Positions 60,279 to 64,000 of a stretch of 64,000 nt of DNA are shown piece after piece. The stretch comes from Cyanobacteria bacterium P01_A01_bin.123 (GTDB lineage: Bacteria; Cyanobacteriota; Cyanobacteriia; Phormidesmidales; Phormidesmidaceae), in contig JBCBZT010000005.1 in the NCBI GenBank assembly GCA_039815185.1, forward strand, positions 172,721-236,720, read 5' to 3'. The first letter of the stretch is position 1. Every line of letters starts with the position of its first letter. Below the pieces are notes generated by a model, which saw only the letters and a list, made by a program, of their open reading frames with translations, was not told the DNA's origin and ran no database searches. The position numbers and the translations under genes are program-made.

Positions 60279-60875
60279 TTGATGATGCAGCGACTGGTAT
60301 TGACCCACACCTTTGAAAAGGCGCTTGAATATGCGGTGCAGCTGCACAGGCATCAGTGGCGTAAGGTCAATGAAGCGCCCTATGTGTCGCATCTGTTGGC
60401 GGTGGCGGCGCTGGTTTTAGAGGATGGCGGGAGTGAAAGTGAGGCGATCGCGGCTCTGTTTCACGACGCGGTGGAAGACCAGGGGGGTGATTCAACCTTG
60501 GCTCAGATTCGAGTCCGGTTTGGAGAGGCGGTGGCGGAGATTGTACAGGGATGTACTGAACCGCCAAGGGCGCAGTATCCGTCTTGGTATGACCATAAGC
60601 GGGCCTATTTTGAACAGGTCCGCTCGGCTTTGCCTGCGGTGCAGCGGGTGTTATTGGCCGATAAGTTGCACAATGGGCGATCGCTGTTGCGAAATTGGGC
60701 AGAGTTTGGGGAGGCAATGTGGGGGGCGTTTAAGGGCGATCGCGCCCAGGTGCTTTGGTTTTATCAGCAGGCAGCGACGTGTTTTGGGGAGGTAAAGTCG
60801 GGGTGGATGGCGGATGAGTTGGCGCGGGTGGCTGAGCGGTTGGCTCAAATGGACAAGGCTCACGATGCTGTATGA
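60279..60875 (+). CDS. HD-domain phosphohydrolase (RelA/SpoT-HD/Mesh1-like)
   Basis: H..Q.RK...PYVSHL, AALFHDAVED, LADKLHN. Confidence 0.9.
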   Translation: MMMQRLVLTHTFEKALEYAVQLHRHQWRKVNEAPYVSHLLAVAALVLEDGGSESEAIAALFHDAVEDQGGDSTLAQIRVRFGEAVAEIVQGCTEPPRAQYPSWYDHKRAYFEQVRSALPAVQRVLLADKLHNGRSLLRNWAEFGEAMWGAFKGDRAQVLWFYQQAATCFGEVKSGWMADELARVAERLAQMDKAHDAV

Positions 60876-60943
60876 CAGTTTTGGCTTAGTCTAAACTGGA
60901 ACAATATTGAGCGTTGCCTCAACAGACGCGAGGAGATGGGCGG

Positions 60944-61582
60944 ATGTCAGTCAGCTTAACCCGAGCCGATCGAGTGGTGTTACACAACATCAGCTGGCAG
61001 CAGTTTGAAAATCTACTCAATGACTTGGGAGAGCATCGTACCGCTCGTATTGCTTATGACCAGGGCGCTTTAGAGATTATGACGCCGCTACCCGAGCATG
61101 AGTATTTTAAGGAGACGATTGGTGATGCGATCAAAGATATGGCCGAGGTGCTGAATCTAGATTACGAAAGCTATGGGTCTACCACCTGGCGGCGGGAGGT
61201 GAGACAAGCGGGGCTTGAACCAGACAATTGTTTTTACTTTCAGAACGAGGCTTTGGTTCGTGGCAAACTTGACTTTGATCTCGATCGCGATCCGCCCCCT
61301 GATTTAGCCCTCGAAATTGATGTAACGAGTAAGTCATTGGATCGCTTTCCAATTTATGCCCGTTTAGGCATTCCTGAACTTTGGTGCTACGACGATGGCT
61401 TGTTGAAGATTTATCGCCTCCAGCAGGAGCAGTACGTGCAAGCTGAGGAGAGCGATATCTTTCCGTCGTTGGCAATTCAAGGGTTGCCCCGCCTGATTGA
61501 GGCATATCGCAATCAAGGGAGATTGGCTTTGCGGCGTGCTGTGCGGCAGTGGGCCACTGAACAGATCACCCCAAAGGGCTAA
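60944..61582 (+). CDS. Uma2 family endonuclease
   Basis: ISWQQFE, EPDNCFY, PPPDLALEIDVTS, YARLGIPELW. Confidence 0.93.
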   Translation: MSVSLTRADRVVLHNISWQQFENLLNDLGEHRTARIAYDQGALEIMTPLPEHEYFKETIGDAIKDMAEVLNLDYESYGSTTWRREVRQAGLEPDNCFYFQNEALVRGKLDFDLDRDPPPDLALEIDVTSKSLDRFPIYARLGIPELWCYDDGLLKIYRLQQEQYVQAEESDIFPSLAIQGLPRLIEAYRNQGRLALRRAVRQWATEQITPKG

Positions 61583-61630
61583 CGGCTGCGCTCTAATACA
61601 CTCCGATGGTTGTCTTTGGCGGAGGCAAGG

Positions 61631-62380
61631 TTAGACCGTGTCTGGATCAACACCAAGCTGTCTGAGGCGTTCGGCGAGGCGTTCGGCTTTAGTGGGTAGC
61701 CAGTTGTCTGCTGTGTCGTACCAGCGTAGCCAGGTGCGGGGGATGTCGCGATAGTCGCCCTGCCAAAGCCCGATGCCGATGGCGAGTTTGGGTAACCAAA
61801 GGCGGGATGTTTCGAGAGACAGTTCTTCGTATTCGCCAGAGACTAGGGTAAAGCCCCGCAGTTGGTTGCTGTAGCGGTTGTAGGTGATGTAGTAGGGGAC
61901 CCGCAAAAGATTTTGGTAAACCTGCCATTTAGTGGGCGGTTGGTCGGGAGCGGGGACGGTTTGGCCGAGGTCTTCGGCTTCGGTGCCGGGTGAGAGCAAT
62001 TCGACGATGATGGCGGGGCTGATCCCTTCTTGCCATAGGACGTAGCTGAGGCGCAGGTCGGTTTCTTCGTATAGGCGGGGAACGCCTGGGACGGCAAACC
62101 AATCGGGGCGTTTATACCAGCGGGGATGGCGGACGTCGTAATACAGGTTGAGGTCACCGGCGGTGAAGATTTGGTTGGTGGCGTAGTCTGCTAGGCGAAA
62201 GGTTTCGCTCAGCAGTTGGGGTTGGAGGTAATGAAATAAGTCTCGCGACAGGCTAGCGCCAACGTCTGGCAACCCAGGCTCCTCTAGCTGTTCGCTGGGC
62301 AGATCATACATGGTTGGCAGTGTTTCTTTGGGGGGGAGCGGCGGGTCGGCCTGGGTGATGTGGATGGGCTGGGAAACCAT
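61631..62380 (-). CDS. Uma2 family endonuclease with in-frame 8-aa insertion
   Basis: LPTMYDLPSE..EPGLPD, RPDWFAV, VELLSPGT. Confidence 0.9.
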   Translation of the reverse strand: MVSQPIHITQADPPLPPKETLPTMYDLPSEQLEEPGLPDVGASLSRDLFHYLQPQLLSETFRLADYATNQIFTAGDLNLYYDVRHPRWYKRPDWFAVPGVPRLYEETDLRLSYVLWQEGISPAIIVELLSPGTEAEDLGQTVPAPDQPPTKWQVYQNLLRVPYYITYNRYSNQLRGFTLVSGEYEELSLETSRLWLPKLAIGIGLWQGDYRDIPRTWLRWYDTADNWLPTKAERLAERLRQLGVDPDTV

Positions 62381-62439
62381 GGGGATGATCGGTGGGGAGG
62401 TTAGTTCAATTGTAGTCAGGCGTTATTCAGAGTGAACCT

Positions 62440-62760
62440 TTGGTTCGGGGTCGAGAGAGTCTTGATTTGAATGCGGGGGATCCGCCGCCTGATTTGGTAA
62501 TTGAGATTGACATCAGTACGAATTCGCTGGATAAGCGTCGTTTGTATGCCAATTTGGCGGTTAGGGAGTTTTGGCGGTTTGATGGTAGCGCTATTTCTTT
62601 TTTTGAACTTGAAGGGTCTGGTTATGCGCTTGTAGATCGCAGTTCTACGTTTCCGTGGTTTCCGGCTGATAAGCTTTCTGAGTTGTTGGAGGCGCGTTTG
62701 AGGTTGGGTGAAACGCAGACGCTTAGGCAGTTTCGGGATTGGGTTAGGGAGCAGATTTAA
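62440..62760 (+). pseudogene. 5'-truncated Uma2 family gene
   Basis: DPPPDLVIEIDIST...YANLAVREFW corresponds to only the C-terminal half of 60944-61582. Confidence 0.75.
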
Positions 62761-62785
62761 GAGCACGAAGGATGTTTCGTTGAGT

Positions 62786-62818
62786 AGAACCCAGAGTTTT
62801 TGAAAAACTCTGGGTTCT
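62786..62818. terminator. Palindromic REP-like hairpin / probable bidirectional terminator at the array trailer
   Basis: AGAACCCAGAGTTTTT-G-AAAAACTCTGGGTTCT, perfect 16-bp arms. Confidence 0.65.
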
Positions 62819-62881
62819 TTTGTAGTGGCAGCTAGAATTTAGCTCTTGTTTGATGGTTTGAGTAGATGTTATTGATTCAGT

Positions 62882-64000
62882 GTTTCCAACTATTTCAAAT
62901 TGAGCCCTTTGTTGGGCAAATCCCAGAATCTACTTATGCTTCACATAGCCTATTTCGAGTTTCCAACTATTCCGAAATTAACCCTTCGGTAGGCTGCGAA
63001 ATTCCCGGCTGGCAGATCTTTCCTCTGTGCAAGTTTCCAACTATTCCGAAATTAACCCTTCGGTAGGCGTATACAGCCTTCGCAATGGTGCCCACCAACG
63101 AAGCCAAGTTTCCAACTATTCCGAAATTAACCCTTCGGTAGGTTTCTTTTTTTGCTTACTCGGGAGGCTACCAAGGGTCGCGTTTCCAACTATTCCGAAA
63201 TTAACCCTTCGGTAGGACAATCCTTGCCCGCTTGCCGTCCCTTAATTACGGGAAGTTTCCAACTATTCCGAAATTAACCCTTCGGTAGGAACTTCATGGG
63301 CAACCCCAGCGGCTCGGGACTGGAAAAGCAGGTTTCCAACTATTCCGAAATTAACCCTTCGGTAGGTTTATTTATTTTGATTTGTGGCGCGATCGCTTGG
63401 CCAGGAATGCAGGTTTCCAACTATTCCGAAATTAACCCTTCGGTAGGTTGTCTAATGAAATTCAGAATCTTGCCGAATCAGGTCGTGTTTCCAACTATTC
63501 CGAAGTCATTACCTCCGGCAAAGCCGGAGGCTTGAAAAAAGCCGCTCAAAGCGGCAAGTGGGATGAGAAGCAAACATCCCGATCTGTCCGAACCTAAGAG
63601 CTTCTATCCTGTGAGACTTTTAGACGTCGTAACTCCGAACCTTGTGGAATTGTCAAACTTGACTAGTCCCCCAGCAGAGCTGGGGGTTTACGACGATTAA
63701 TTAACCCTTCGGTAGGCGCGATCGCGACATAGGGACAAACGGGTACTACGAGGGGTTTCCAACTATTCCGAAATTAACCCTTCGGTAGGACTTTTTTTCG
63801 CTCTCCAATATAGACGCGGAGTGCGATCAAGTTTCCAACTATTCCGAAATTAACCCTTCGGTAGGATTGAATCTGGGCCAAATCCTAAGCTTTTCTGGAG
63901 GGAAAGTTTCCAACTATTCCGAAATTAACCCTTCGGTAGGCACTTCGACCTGAGATAAAACTTTGGTAAACTGCTTCAATAGTTTCCAACTATTCCGAAA
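62882..64000 (-). CRISPR. CRISPR array, 35-bp repeat (transcribed sense probably CCTACCGAAGGGTTAATTTCGGAATAGTTGGAAAC), type III-like, continues beyond window
   Basis: Repeats GTTTCCAACTATTCCGAAATTAACCCTTCGGTAGG at 62882 (degenerate), 62959, 63033, 63108, 63182, 63255, 63332, 63413, 63487 (split), 63755, 63831, 63906, 63982 (partial); 12 spacers of 38-46 bp; degenerate left copy and GAAAC end imply minus-strand transcription. Confidence 0.97.
63505..63699 (-). mobile_element. 195-bp non-autonomous IS200/IS605-type element inserted in a CRISPR repeat
   Basis: Subterminal hairpins CCTCCGGC-AAA-GCCGGAGG and CCCCCAGC-AGA-GCTGGGGG; no target duplication; flanks rejoin to an exact repeat. Confidence 0.85.

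Noticed and set aside
62866..63535. Short ORFs with VSNYSEINPSVG repeats
   Set aside because: Translations of CRISPR repeats
62917..63981. Spacers targeting the resident element or self
   Set aside because: No match seen by eye within the window; needs BLASTN-short to exclude
1..64000. Frequent GCGATCGC palindromes
   Set aside because: Ordinary cyanobacterial HIP1 sites

Overview
Cyanobacterial chromosome segment (abundant HIP1 GCGATCGC sites, cyanobacterial gene families) in four blocks. (1) 1-28661: right part of a prophage-like/integrative element with a tyrosine integrase, an excisionase-like HTH, a DUF3854/CyRepA1-type primase-helicase, two DNA methyltransferases, XRE/GIY-YIG regulator cassettes, an FtsK/VirD4-like ATPase and cargo (DUF4157 protein, GG-leader peptide). 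It ends at a 3' half copy of tRNA-His. (2) 28662-~32200: probable relic of an older related element, including an HsdR-N/ParA + Rho-N pair. (3) ~32200-50800: mostly housekeeping genes (MIF, proA, GTPase, amidase, TetR/MarR modules, lysC, histidine kinase). (4) 50851-64000: island starting at a 3' half copy of tRNA-Cys, carrying a TPR/CHAT cluster, WYL, Csx3-ATPase, Csx3, HD and Uma2 genes and the trailer end of a type III-like CRISPR array, one repeat of which is split by a 195-bp IS200/IS605-type miniature element. The most notable points are the MITE inside a CRISPR repeat, the Csx3 pair (one intact, one apparently catalytically altered and fused to an ATPase), a C5-methyltransferase whose motif IX lies in a nested alternative frame, and an attP-like junction at tRNA-His. 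All family calls come from motif recognition by eye; no database searches were run.
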